The notes beneath the pieces are model-generated. The model had not been told where the DNA came from. It searched no databases and was given only the letters and a program-made list of their open reading frames with translations. A DNA stretch of 64,000 nucleotides from Tubulanus polymorphus (lineage: Eukaryota > Animalia > Nemertea), in NCBI RefSeq assembly GCF_964204645.1, contig NC_134034.1:7576962-7640961 (forward strand), read 5' to 3'. Both the position numbers and the translations under genes were made by a program. Of the stretch, positions 13,960-25,115 are shown piece after piece. The stretch's first letter is position 1. Each line of letters starts with the position of its first letter.

Positions 13960-14676
13960 AAGTCTATCCCAGTGGTTATGATCGCGGCATTTCCACTCTC
14001 AAAGAGCCAGTATCAACAACAATTTAATTGATACTGACAGCTGTAAGTGGTCAAACTCACCATGAGCATCGCTGACTCGCTGGACCCAAGCTGCTTGTTA
14101 CTATAGTTACAGGCAAGAGTGAATAAAGAGCAAAACTTTTCGAAGCTTACACTAAGAAAATGAAGAAATTAGCAAGGAAAAATTAGTTTGAAGTCTTGTT
14201 GCATTCAAGAGTGAATATTTTCCGAGGATACCAAAGTCAATGTTTACATTAGAAAGTGTCAGAACTAATTTTCAAGTTGAAACATTATATTTGGACGGTG
14301 TGTAAGCAAAATAGCAACACAGAACGTACGACTCATGAGATGATAATCAAATCCACAAATAGTCATTTTAACATATTTGTGCATGTCTAGCTTTGTTAAG
14401 AGCACAAAATAAGAAATTAATCCTCGAAATTCCATGCTTAAATACATTTTAAGTAATCGGTGTTCTTTGAGAATATACAAGAAAAAACCAAATCTAGAGG
14501 AATAAAGAGAAGTGAATGGCCAGGATGTGAAAACTTTAGTATTATTCACTCTTGAATGTAGTAGTTGCCTGACCTCAGTTACTTGCAGGGTTGAACACAT
14601 AGAAACCACAGGGTTCCAGATCCGCGATGATATGAACTGTTTGATGCACCGCGATCATAACCACTGGGATAGACTT
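13960..14676. mobile_element. MITE with ~28-bp TIRs and TA target duplication
   Basis: aagtctatcccagtggttatgatcgcgg / ccgcgatcataaccactgggatagactt flanked by TA. Confidence 0.8.
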
Positions 14677-14867
14677 TACTAGGTTAAGCGTTCGCTGTGG
14701 GGGAAATGAGATCGTTCGCCGTGTCACTTAAAGTGTTTATCGAGTTTTACGCGACCTTAAGGCTTTAGTATGGTGGCTGATAAGGGCCATGCGTAAAAAA
14801 ACACTAATATGCAAATGAGGGCGACATTATGACATAAACGACAAAACTAAAATAATGCGACAAAACA

Positions 14868-15245
14868 ATAATTTTGGTTTTGTCGCCCGCGACAATTCAA
14901 TATTTTGGTTTTGTCGCCTGTGACAATTCAATATTTTGGTTTTATCGCCAGCGACAATTCATTATTTTGGTTTTATCGCCCGCGACAACTCATTATTTTG
15001 GTTTTATCGCCAGCGACAATTCATTAGTTTGGTTTTGTCACCCGCGACAATTCAATATTTTGGTTTTGTCGCCCGCGACAATTCATGATTATGGTTTTAT
15101 CGCCCGCGACAATTTATTTTTTTGGTTTTGTCGCTCGCGACAATTCAATACTTTGGTTTTATCGCCAGCGAAAATTCGATTATTTTGGTTTTATCGCCCG
15201 CGACAATTGATTATTTTGGTTTTATCGCCCGCGACAATTGATTAT
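14868..15245. repeat. Minisatellite, ~32-33-bp unit, ~11-12 copies
   Basis: ttttggtttt(g/a)tcgcccgcgacaattc units with an internal palindrome. Confidence 0.9.
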
Positions 15246-15401
15246 TCATATTTATGTCGTTTTTATGAGTCGTCATATTTATGTCGATATATCGCGATAT
15301 ATCGTGTCAAGTCGCCATGAATATGTCGACATATCGTGACGTTTTGACGACATATTTCGTTTTCACGACCATTTTCCTCGCGACAACTCATTCGTCATAT
15401 T

Positions 15402-15890
15402 ACTGGCGTCCTCATCTTACATTTAGACGTGTCTTCAAATGACGGCTTGTCCCGTGGAAAATGGGCGAAAAAGCGAAATTTGTCTTGATAACGTCACGAT
15501 ATATCGACATATTCATGTCGACTTGACGCGATATATCGCGGTATGTCGACATAAATATGGCGACTTGTCGAGTTGGAACGCGACATCTCGAGGCCCCTTA
15601 TCGCTTCCGTGCGAGGCTCTTTATAACGACGAAATTATGTCGAACAAACGTGATTACGGAAGCGATAAAGGGCCCCATCTCTGGTGTCCTCATCTTACAT
15701 TTCGACGTGTCTTCAAATGACGGCTTGTCCCGTGGAAAATGGGCAAAAAAGCGAAATTTGTCGTGAAAACCTCACGATATGTCGACATATTCATGTCGAC
15801 TTGACGCGATACATCGCGGTATGTCGACATAAATATGACGACTTGTCGAGTTGGAACGCGACATCTCGAGGCCCCTTATCGCTTCCGTAC
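15402..15890. repeat. ~279-bp tandem duplication rich in gtcgac/tcgcga palindromes
   Basis: gtcctcatcttacattt.gacgtgtcttcaaatgacggc at ~15408 and ~15687. Confidence 0.8.
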
Positions 15891-16458
15891 GTGATATATC
15901 GCGATTCATCGACATAATTAAGTCAATATATCGTGTTAATATCACGATAAATCGTTATACGGATCACGCCTTTCACCAATGTCGACATCTGTATCTCAAT
16001 ATCCGCGTACCGTCGACATAATTATCACTCCTTTAGCTAAAATGTCGTGATACGTATGGCAATTTATTGAGACAATATCGCAAAAAGTCGACATAAAAAT
16101 CACGACATTTTAAATAAGGTCTTCCTAGTAACATCGATATATTGAGATAGTTAACCTAATTTCAATAAGGGGACGCATCGTTAATGATGTTTAATGTTAG
16201 ATGAATATGAAAGAAGAAATGAAGTTGGCAGAAAAATGAAAATGACTTTATCATCACCAGAATCTGGTGGACATATTGAATGATGGGGCTCAAGTAGAAT
16301 GACCCCAAATGCTGGGGCACAATATAGTGTTCGGTACATGGTCGATGAACTAAATAGGTAATTCGCATCAATACTTTGTCACAATTGATTTGCGGTATAT
16401 TTTGGATTTCTGTGTATGTCATTTGTCAGGACATTAAACAGTAGACGACTTTGGATAC

Positions 16459-17268
16459 TATTATGGAGACTTTGATGAAATAATTAATGAAAATATTAGC
16501 TTCCAAGTAGATCTATGAAATTATATCAACAAGCCTTTAGGAAACACATTAGTAGGTTTCAGTTGTCAGCATTTAAACAAAATCAACAAGTAATATACAG
16601 AAGCGGGAGTTCATGGCCAGCAGTGCAGTTACCAGACAACCTGCCTGGATATGTACGTCGTACATAAACATAAATAGAAATTATATAAATAAACAAGTCT
16701 GGAAGTGACGTATGTGTCAACGTAGGAAGAGCTAATATGGTCCGGTTATGCGCTCCGTTGAGTGCGGAAATATATTTATAGAAAATTATGACGTGTGCAG
16801 ATACGTCAGCGCCCATACATGGATGGAAGGAATGTTGTGACGTATAAATACGTCACAAGCAATGAATTCCAAGCCATGTGTGGAAGAGGACCTGCACACG
16901 TTAAAGTTATATAAATAGGGAGGAATGTTGTGACGTATAAATACATCACAAGCAATGAATTCCAAGCCATGTATAGAAGAGCTCCGGCACCGGTTATACA
17001 AGAGAAAGTTAGATAAATAAGGGGGTTTTTAGTAAGCACGGGAGTTGAGCTCCGGGGAAGAATCTGTAAACAACGAGTTAAGAGATAATAAACGAATATA
17101 TAATGTAAGAAGTAGTTAAGTTATATACGGGAGCCAAAGTCAAGAACTGGGAAGAAAGACCTGGCCTAAAGACAGATCCTGCACGACATCGCTGGTAGAG
17201 AAACGCAACCATAACAGTGGTAGAGATCACAACAGAAGCGGACAACTTCAAAATTCAACGCCACAACA
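16459..17268 (+). repeat. 5' LTR
   Basis: Direct repeat of 26643-27452; starts TATTATGG, ends CCACAACA. Confidence 0.96.
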
Positions 17269-17269
17269 C

Positions 17270-17288
17270 TGGTGGAGAATAGCGGCAG
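17270..17288 (+). promoter_or_regulatory. Primer binding site, tRNA-Ala-like
   Basis: tggtggagaatagcggca 1 nt after the LTR; resembles the complement of a tRNA-Ala 3' end. Confidence 0.7.
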
Positions 17289-17289
17289 G

Positions 17290-17893
17290 ATTCCGGTCTC
17301 GCAGCCAAGCTTGTGGCCAAACAGTAGACAATTTCGCAGACGATGTTAAACGGAGAGCGAATGAATTGGAATGACCTGCACACGTGACGCTAAGTACGTT
17401 TATTGATGGTCTCTCCGCGGACATACGCAAAATTGTTTGGACGCAGATGCCAGAGGATCTGGACAAAGCCATCAAAATGGCTAGTAACGTAGTCCAGATG
17501 ATGAAAATGGATGGCCCTGGTATTCATCAAATCGAAACGGCCAACGCGGGGATGGACGAACTAAAAGAAAGAATTAATCAACTAGAGATTAGACAACGAA
17601 AGGGGGAGACGGTGGCACAGGAAAATCAAACTTTTACGGGAATACAACAACCATTTGGAGCGATGACATACGCGCGAAATGGAGCTACAAACAGTAGATT
17701 CCGTTACCCTACGTTTAGAGGGCGATGTTACAGGTGTAATATAATTGGACATATGGCTAGAAATTGCAGGGGACCTGCGAAATCCACTTTTGCAACGGAA
17801 AATAGAAACATCATTTGTTATCAATGTGGTTTACCTGGACATGTTAGCAGATATTGCCGTCGGAATACGAATCGACAACAACGGACTAATTAG
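17290..17893 (+). pseudogene. gag: Gag, N-terminally deleted, two CCHC zinc knuckles
   Basis: Capsid CTD-like SQACGQTVDNF...TFIDGL; CYRCNIIGHMARNC and CYQCGLPGHVSRYC; in-frame TGA at 17372. Confidence 0.85.
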
Positions 17894-20800
17894 GACTGGA
17901 GCAAGGATGGCTTAGGGCAGCTATCCAGAGCTATACAAACAGATAATGCCCAAGTATTGTATGAGGTAGGATCGGGGATATCAGGGGATAGTGGGCGCTC
18001 ACAGACAAAATTGAAATCTCACACACAAAAATTGACAAAAAAGAAAATTTTGAAAGAAAAACCAAAAGTTTTATGCTCTGAGCACCCGCTATCCTTGAAT
18101 TGTGTTATTTTTGATGAACAGATGGATGTTTTAATTGATACAGGAGCAACTCGAAGTGTCATATCGTATGAATACTTTTTAAAATTAAGATCCACGGTAT
18201 TAGTTACACCGTTAGAATATGGCGGTTATAAATATGCTACAATAGCTGATGGGGGTACATTAGAAATATTCGGTATTGTTAAATTAAATCTTAAAATGGA
18301 ATCAAGGGTTGTTCAGCAAGAATTTCTAATATTAAGGAAATTGGCTCACCCGTGTATTCTAGGCATGGATTTCATTAACAGTCAGGGTGTGGTTATTGAC
18401 ACTCCGAGAAAGCTCCTACATCTGTCATCCGGTCACTCAATACCTCTTCGCGAGGGGGCAAAGGTACAATTACGAATTTGTATAGTAGCTAACGATACGG
18501 TCACAATTCTGCCTGGTGCCCAGGTGCAGATAAAAGCAAAAATGAAGGGGACGGGAAGAAAAGACGGTGTAGGTTTTGTTCAACAGTCCGCAAGATTATG
18601 GGATAAAAATGGTATTATGGGTGCGGCTAGTATATCTAATATTAAAAGTGGGGTATTACCTGTACAAGTTTGTAATCCGTCAAAATTCTCAAAACGATTA
18701 AAAAAGGGTGCCATTTTGGGAGATGTTACTCTCATCGATTTAGATGCCCCTATCGCAGACAGGTCATATATGACGATTGATAGTGAAGGTATTTCTACGC
18801 CTCGACCTAAAAATCAAAACGATATATCAGATAGTGTGGAAACGGGAGACATATCGGTACAGCAAAAAGCTGATTTAAAATCATTATTGGAAGAATACAG
18901 AGATAGGTTTGCAGAAGGAATATTGGAGTTAGGAACCGCAAAGGGGGTTGAGTGCAATATTGAAACTGAAAATGAGGTGCCTATTCGGTCACGACCATAT
19001 CGGGTGCCATTAGCGTTGAGGGATATTCTAGATAAGCAGATTGATGAACTTAAAAAGCAAGGCGTTATTGAAGATTCAAATTCAAATTATAGTTCCCCTG
19101 CACTTTTGGTTCCGAAACCAGATGGGTCATATCGTTTGTGTATTGATTTTAGGCGATTAAATAAGGTATTAAAATTGCAAACGTTACATCCAATACCTCA
19201 TATCTTTGACACTTTAACTATGTGTGGTACCGCTAGGCCAAAAATATTTTCTTCTCTAGATTTAAGAAGTGGTTATTTTCAGATTCCGATTTCACAAGAG
19301 TCTCGTCACAAAACGGCGTTTGTAACGCCTACTGGTAATTACCAATTTACTAGATTGCCCATGGGCATAGCATCGGCCCCTAGTATTTTTCAATCCATCA
19401 TGGCTCGTCTCTTACATTCATTAGGGGACTCTGTTTTGGTTTATTTAGATGACCTTTTAGTATTTTCTACATGTTGGGAGGACCACTTACAACATTTACG
19501 TCAACTTTTTGAAAGATTACGGGTGGCGGGTTTGACACTTAAACCCAGCAAATGTTTTATTGCTCGACCAAACTGTAAGTTTTTGGGTTTCTATTTAGAC
19601 GGGGATGGCATTAGAACTAATCTCGAGAAAGTAAATGTTATTCGAAACTGCCCTGTGCCTACAAATCAAACTCAGGTTCGGTCCTTCCTAGGGGCTGCTA
19701 ATTTCTATAGAAAATTCATTAAGAACTTTTCGGGGCGAGCACGACCATTGACACTATTGACAAGAAAGGGTATACCATTTCTATGGTCTGACGATTGTCA
19801 AAAAGCATTTGATGACTTGAAACAGGCACTTATAACGGCACCCGTGTTAGCGTATCCTTCTCTGGAACGCAAGTTCAAGGTTCACTGCGACGCATCGAAT
19901 TTTGCGATGGGATATTGTCTTGTACAGGAAGGAGACGATGGTCAAGAACACGTAATTGCATACGGTGGACGAGCGCTAACAAAACAAGAACAAGCATATT
20001 CAGCTAGTGAGCGGGAGTGTCTGGCACTAATTTCAGCCATTAAGTATTATAAAGTATACCTGTATGGAAATCCTTTTACGGTGGTCACAGATCATAAGGC
20101 ACTGTTGTGGTTAAAAAAGATGGAGGTCGATGGTCTCGCCTCAGGTCGGCTACAACGATGGTGCATCTTCCTACAAGGATACCAATATGATGTTGAGTAT
20201 CGGGCAGGAGTACAACATGCAGATGCGGATTTCTTGTCTAGATTAAGGTATCCAGAAATAGTGACTGTTGACACAGGTAACGACGGCGTCTTAGTGAATT
20301 TGCCCGTTGAACAACGTAAAGATGAAGAATTACGACCTATCATTAATTACCTATTAGACGGATCATTACCAAAAAATGATCATTTGGCACGAAGAATATT
20401 GTTGTCGCACGATAGGTATATTCTGGACATCGAGGGTAGACTTCAATACTTACAACATTTAAATCGTCGCCAATCTGTAGACTTCTCTCCCTGCTATGTG
20501 ATACCAAAACAACTTCGCTTACAAATACTGCAAGAAACACATGAGGTGTTTGGAGGACACAGTGGTGTGAAATCAACGTATATGCGTCTGAAAAATAGGT
20601 ATTATTGGAATGGTATGTTTTATGATGTAAAGGATTTCTGCTTACGATGTGATGTCTGTCAAAGAAAAGGCTTGTCTGCAAAAGAGGCTACTAAGGTTCC
20701 AATGCAAACGGTACGGGTGGAGCCAATTTTCCATAAATTTGCCATGGATATGGTGGGTCCCTTTCCGGTGTCTGACAAAGGGCATAAATATGTGTTGACA

Positions 20801-21961
20801 TGTATTGAAACTTTTTCATCATATATGGAGGCATTTCCGCTTAAGACGGCATCGGCAGAAGAGGTCGCCGAAAAATTGGTGGATGGTATCATTTTGAGAT
20901 ATGGGATGTTTTCTACTATACTTACCGATAATGGGTCGAACTTTATCTCAAAAGTCTTTCAACGAACGGCCATCCTTTTGGGGGGTAAAACAAAAACTAC
21001 GTCCTCATATCATCCACAGGCGAATGGTGCTTTAGAAGTACAGCATAAACAATTAAACAAATCAATAGCTAAGTTATTAGATGGACAAAGCCCGGGAAAG
21101 TGGGACTTATATCTGCAATCTGCAGTATTCGCAATGAATTCCTCAAATAATATCAATTCGACGTCATTCACGCCTTTTGAAATTGTTTTTGGGCGGATGC
21201 CTAAATTGCCCATGGAACTAGCCATATCAGCTCCAAAAAATGAATATGGGTCTCATGTGGCCTATTTTCAACATTTAATTAAAAAGATGGATATAGTACA
21301 TGACATAGTTCGCAAAAATCGAGAACTGAGCAAAATAAAAATGAAGCAGCAGTACGATAGAAATGCTAAAGATATTCAGTTTGAAGTAGGGAGTAAGGTT
21401 TTTCTTTATTACCCACATTTGCCTACTGGGGCATCAAAGAAATTACATTCATTTTGGCTGGGCCCATATGAAATTATTGAAAAAATAGGGGAGGTTAATT
21501 ACAGATTGAGGACGGATGATAATCGAAAGGTTAAAACATTAGTTCATGTAAATAGGTTGCGTCCGGTTTATGAATCTAAGAAACCGCCTACTTACAACTT
21601 ACCGCAAAATATTGAAAAATTAGATGACTTACCAGGGAACCTCGCCATGGATGAAATCGTTTTGCCCCATAAAGGTCGCCATGTCAAAATCGGCATGACG
21701 CCCGCAATTGAACCTCCTACTTTGACGCAGAGAGACATGACGTTATCAAAGGGTCGCGAAAATATTGACGGGAAAGACGAGTCGATATACACTGTGTCTC
21801 GAATACTCAAACATAGAAGACGGGGAGGCAGGTTGTATTATTATGTCGCTTGGGAGGGTTATGCGGATAAGACTTGGGAACCGGAGGAGAATTTCTTGGA
21901 TAGGTCGATCTTGACGGCATATCATCAGAAAGCCAAGAAAAGACGGAAACGACGTGCATAG
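17894..21961 (+). CDS. pol: Pol polyprotein: protease, RT, RNase H, integrase, chromodomain
   Basis: LIDTGA, YLDD, HCDAS/TDHKAL, HHCC, D,D(35)E, YYYVAWEGYADKTWEPEENF; intact ORF in frame with gag. Confidence 0.97.
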   Translation, partial: DWSKDGLGQLSRAIQTDNAQVLYEVGSGISGDSGRSQTKLKSHTQKLTKKKILKEKPKVLCSEHPLSLNCVIFDEQMDVLIDTGATRSVISYEYFLKLRSTVLVTPLEYGGYKYATIADGGTLEIFGIVKLNLKMESRVVQQEFLILRKLAHPCILGMDFINSQGVVIDTPRKLLHLSSGHSIPLREGAKVQLRICIVANDTVTILPGAQVQIKAKMKGTGRKDGVGFVQQSARLWDKNGIMGAASISNIKSGVLPVQVCNPSKFSKRLKKGAILGDVTLIDLDAPIADRSYMTIDSEGISTPRPKNQNDISDSVETGDISVQQKADLKSLLEEYRDRFAEGILELGTAKGVECNIETENEVPIRSRPYRVPLALRDILDKQIDELKKQGVIEDSNSNYSSPALLVPKPDGSYRLCIDFRRLNKVLKLQTLHPIPHIFDTLTMCGTARPKIFSSLDLRSGYFQIPISQESRHKTAFVTPTGNYQFTRLPMGIASAPSIFQSIMARLLHSLGDSVLVYLDDLLVFSTCWEDHLQHLRQLFERLRVAGLTLKPSKCFIARPNCKFLGFYLDGDGIRTNLEKVNVIRNCPVPTNQTQVRSFLGAANFYRKFIKNFSGRARPLTLLTRKGIPFLWSDDCQKAFDDLKQALITAPVLAYPSLERKFKVHCDASNFAMGYCLVQEGDDGQEHVIAYGGRALTKQEQAYSASERECLALISAIKYYKVYLYGNPFTVVTDHKALLWLKKMEVDGLASGRLQRWCIFLQGYQYDVEYRAGVQHADADFLSRLRYPEIVTVDTGNDGVLVNLPVEQRKDEELRPIINYLLDGSLPKNDHLARRILLSHDRYILDIEGRLQYLQHLNRRQSVDFSPCYVIPKQLRLQILQETHEVFGGHSGVKSTYMRLKNRYYWNGMFYDVKDFCLRCDVCQRKGLSAKEATKVPMQTVRVEPIFHKFAMDMVGPFPVSDKGHKYVLTCIETFSSYMEAFPLKTASAEEVAEKLVDGIILRYGMFSTILTDNGSNFISKVFQRTAILLGGKTKTTSSYHPQANGALEVQHKQLNKSIAKLLDGQSPGKWDLYLQSAVFAMNSSNNINSTSFTPFEIVFGRMPKLPMELAISAPKNEYGSHVAYFQHLIKKMDIVHDIVRKNRELSKIKMKQQYDRNAKDIQFEVGSKVFLYYPHLPTGASKKLHSFWLGPYEIIEKIGEVNYRLRTDDNRKVKTLVHVNRLRPVYESKKPPTYNLPQNIEKLDDLPGNLAMDEIVLPHKGRHVKIGMTPAIEPPTLTQRDMTLSKGRENIDGKDESIYTVSRILKHRRRGGRLYYYVAWEGYADKTWEPEENFLDRSILTAYHQKAKKRRKRRA

Positions 21962-22023
21962 GATATTTGCCACGCACCCAATAGTTGTTGCGAAGTTAAT
22001 TAAGGATAATAACAGAAATAATT

Positions 22024-24531
22024 ATGAGTATAAAGTTGTTGTATTTTAAGAGATCGTTAGGAAATCGAGGAGTTATGATTTATATTGTTGTTTTAGGAAC
22101 CATGGTTCGGAGTATAGTTTATATCGTTATGATTTGGTCGTGGATAGGACCAATGGCTGCATGGGATGCAGAGCTACGGATGGGGGCTGGAGTAGTGTTC
22201 CAGCCAGTTGACGAGATAAATGTAGCAGCAACAAAATGGGAACATAGTGTTATGATTCCTTTAGTAGATGTTTCCCGGTTTTCGATGACAATTCCTAATA
22301 TGACGTGTGGAATGCCCAATGCCGAATGCCGACAAATAGAGAAAATGTTTCGCCTAATGCGTTTGCGTAAAATCCGAGCTGATCAAAAATTTAACAGTTC
22401 CAGGCGTATGATTGAATCATTATTACCTGTTGAAATTCCGAGTACAAGAAGAGAAGGCCGTATGAAACGAACACCACTATCATTCATCGGAGATGTCGCC
22501 AGTTTGATTTTTGGGGTCGCCACTACTGAGCAGTTACAAATAGTGGAAAGACATATGAATAAGTTTGATGCATTACACAAATTAGATCATAAAGCTATTG
22601 TCCAGTTACAAGAACGGTTAACTAGCTTTGCCAACGTAACAGATTCTAGATTTAAGTTAGTTAAGTCTCTAGTACGACAAAACAGAGATTATATGTCAAA
22701 ACTTTCGGAATTCGTTGTAAATAATACTATGAATCAGGCTCGTTTACAGGCAAGGGTACATGCACTATCATACGTAGTGCGGTATTCCATTAATTATGGG
22801 GATGTTATTGAGGCTATCAGCAGCCACATGGCCGCGTGGTTGCGCTCCACTAACGTTTTACTATCAAATAGACTACCTGTAGAGTTAATTCCGGTAACAA
22901 GTCTCCAGGAAATCTTATCAAAAATTCGCGTTACATTGAAGAATTTTTACCCCATGTTTGAGCTGGCACATCAAACCCCGAGTTATTATTATTCGCACGC
23001 GCGAACGTTTACTGTCAGGACTCGTGAATATATAGTGGTTCATATGCAGATCCCAATACAAGCAAAAAATACGCATTTTCGTTTGTATAATATATTATCT
23101 TTTCACCTTCCGGTTAATGCAACCGCTACGGTGTATACAAAAATAATTAACCTCCCACGCTTCTTTGGCGTTAGTAAGAATTTGCAAACTTACGTGTTGA
23201 TTGATGAAGCCACTTATTCGCTTTGCCAAGGACGTTATATACAGAATTGTGCAGATGGATTACCTATCTATACTCAAACACAAAAATCATGCGCGTCTGC
23301 ACTTTTCTTTGATAACCCTAAGGATCTAATTGGGCAGTGTGATCTGACATATACTTCCGTGGCGCCTCTGTCTCAGGCGGTCCTGTTGACAACCAATAAA
23401 TATTTGATATCTATTCACGACAAGCATGATGATTGGATTTCCCAATGTGGACTGGATCCACCAATTAGGGTTCCGGTCTGTAATTTTTGTGTTGTCACCT
23501 TGCAATGTCATTGTGGGTTGAATTCAAAATACTTTACGCTTTCGCCGACTTTAACAAATTGTGAAAAAGGTCATGATAGAATAACTCGATTATATCCCGT
23601 TAACATACCGGCGGCATTGCTTTTGGGTAAAGAGGATGATATTGATAATATGCAAACAGAGGTATTATATTCTAAAATTCCGCGTATCACACTGCCTGAT
23701 TTTAATATAGAGGGACATGAATGGGAAAATGTGATACGGGCTGAAAACGCTAAGGAAGCTGATTTTAAAAAATTGGCGCAGGCTATAGGCCGTGACAAGA
23801 TAGCGTATACAAGTAGGTCCGATTATTTGCGATCAGAAATTAGGGGGACACATAATTCTTTGAAAATCGGTGGTTATATTCTGATTTCGTTAGTAATTGT
23901 AACAATAATAGTATCGGCGGTTTTATGCAAACGATATAGGGCATGGGCGGCGGCAGGGACCGCTTTAACAATGGTTAAAAGTGTAGAGGCAGGGAATTTG
24001 GACATAGTTCACGAACAGTTAAATATTGATTTGTCTGCAATAGAAAAGGTATCAAATACTTTGTTGGATTGGGAAGCTATAGTAGAATGGGGTGTAGTGG
24101 GTATGGTCGTATACTCGACACTGCGATATTTCTTTACTGATGGGTGGCGGTTTATGAGTAGCCGTCGGTGGCAAGTATCACTTGCACTGTGTTCTTCTCC
24201 TAGGCTATCAGCGGAGATCTTAGCTGAGCTATATAATAATGATGGTGCGTCGGCTGTTTTACATTTGGGTTTTGTATCTCCCCATTTATGGGAGGAAGTC
24301 AGATCTATTCAAAATTTGGCGGTTATTCAGTTAAAAACATACGGTCCATTAGTTATTATCACTGTTAAATATAGCGAGGATATCACTTGTGCAAAAAGTT
24401 TGATTAAAAAAATTTACGCCAGTCGGCTTTTTAATAAGCCACTGAATCGATTGTGTAATGGTGAATTTTCTACACACTTTTGGATGGTGCATCGTCGTGA
24501 TGCAGTATTGTTGAATGAGGACCTCCCATAA
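22024..24531 (+). CDS. env: Envelope glycoprotein, class I fusion (F-like)
   Basis: Signal-like hydrophobic N-terminus, RMKR furin-type site then fusion peptide TPLSFIGDVASLIFGVAT, heptad region, Cys-rich ectodomain, TM YILISLVIVTIIVSAVLC. Confidence 0.88.
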   Translation: MSIKLLYFKRSLGNRGVMIYIVVLGTMVRSIVYIVMIWSWIGPMAAWDAELRMGAGVVFQPVDEINVAATKWEHSVMIPLVDVSRFSMTIPNMTCGMPNAECRQIEKMFRLMRLRKIRADQKFNSSRRMIESLLPVEIPSTRREGRMKRTPLSFIGDVASLIFGVATTEQLQIVERHMNKFDALHKLDHKAIVQLQERLTSFANVTDSRFKLVKSLVRQNRDYMSKLSEFVVNNTMNQARLQARVHALSYVVRYSINYGDVIEAISSHMAAWLRSTNVLLSNRLPVELIPVTSLQEILSKIRVTLKNFYPMFELAHQTPSYYYSHARTFTVRTREYIVVHMQIPIQAKNTHFRLYNILSFHLPVNATATVYTKIINLPRFFGVSKNLQTYVLIDEATYSLCQGRYIQNCADGLPIYTQTQKSCASALFFDNPKDLIGQCDLTYTSVAPLSQAVLLTTNKYLISIHDKHDDWISQCGLDPPIRVPVCNFCVVTLQCHCGLNSKYFTLSPTLTNCEKGHDRITRLYPVNIPAALLLGKEDDIDNMQTEVLYSKIPRITLPDFNIEGHEWENVIRAENAKEADFKKLAQAIGRDKIAYTSRSDYLRSEIRGTHNSLKIGGYILISLVIVTIIVSAVLCKRYRAWAAAGTALTMVKSVEAGNLDIVHEQLNIDLSAIEKVSNTLLDWEAIVEWGVVGMVVYSTLRYFFTDGWRFMSSRRWQVSLALCSSPRLSAEILAELYNNDGASAVLHLGFVSPHLWEEVRSIQNLAVIQLKTYGPLVIITVKYSEDITCAKSLIKKIYASRLFNKPLNRLCNGEFSTHFWMVHRRDAVLLNEDLP

Positions 24532-25115
24532 ATACATGGCAGCTGGCCTGTCTAATTGCAACGACTCTCAGCCACAAATAGCAGTACACGTTATCCCTGC
24601 CTAGACTACGGATAAATGTGCTTTCTGAGGCAATAGGCGGGGACTAGCAGCTGACATCTCAACAATACGAATGTACGCGTACGGTATATTCATTTTTAGG
24701 TAAATTTCGGATCGACTTTGTAATAAGCGCTTATTAAAATTATTGTGAAATTAATCATGAAATTATTGTTGAACATGTCTGTTGCCAACATGTGCTGGGC
24801 ACACGATAATCAGCTAAATGATGTATCTGACATCTGTATTAATTTACGTCGTTGATTGGAGTCGGGACAGGTTGGGCGGACCATCTAAATATCGGTTAAG
24901 ATCGCAGCTGTGAGTTGATGAAAATAGGAGATACACGGGTTTGCGATAATAAGTCTAGACATAGAGAATGCGCTACTTACAACGGTTTTTGTTGTTGTTG
25001 TTAACGTATCGAGAACAAGGAATTTAAATATTATTATAAGGGTGATATTTATTTATTGTAATGGATATATAAAATAGAAAAAAATCGATGGGTATAATAT
25101 ATGATGTTTTTCTTT

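Noticed and set aside
14868-15245. CRISPR-like array of palindromic repeats, and ORF 14874-15320
   Set aside because: Units are contiguous with no unique spacers and no cas genes; the ORF is a by-product of the repeat.
14677-16130. tactagg/cctagta as CACTA-like termini
   Set aside because: Only a 7-bp match, overlapping the MITE TSD; no TSD of its own.
16583-17039. Short minus-strand ORFs duplicated at 26767-27223
   Set aside because: They lie in the LTRs, which explains the duplication; no protein features.
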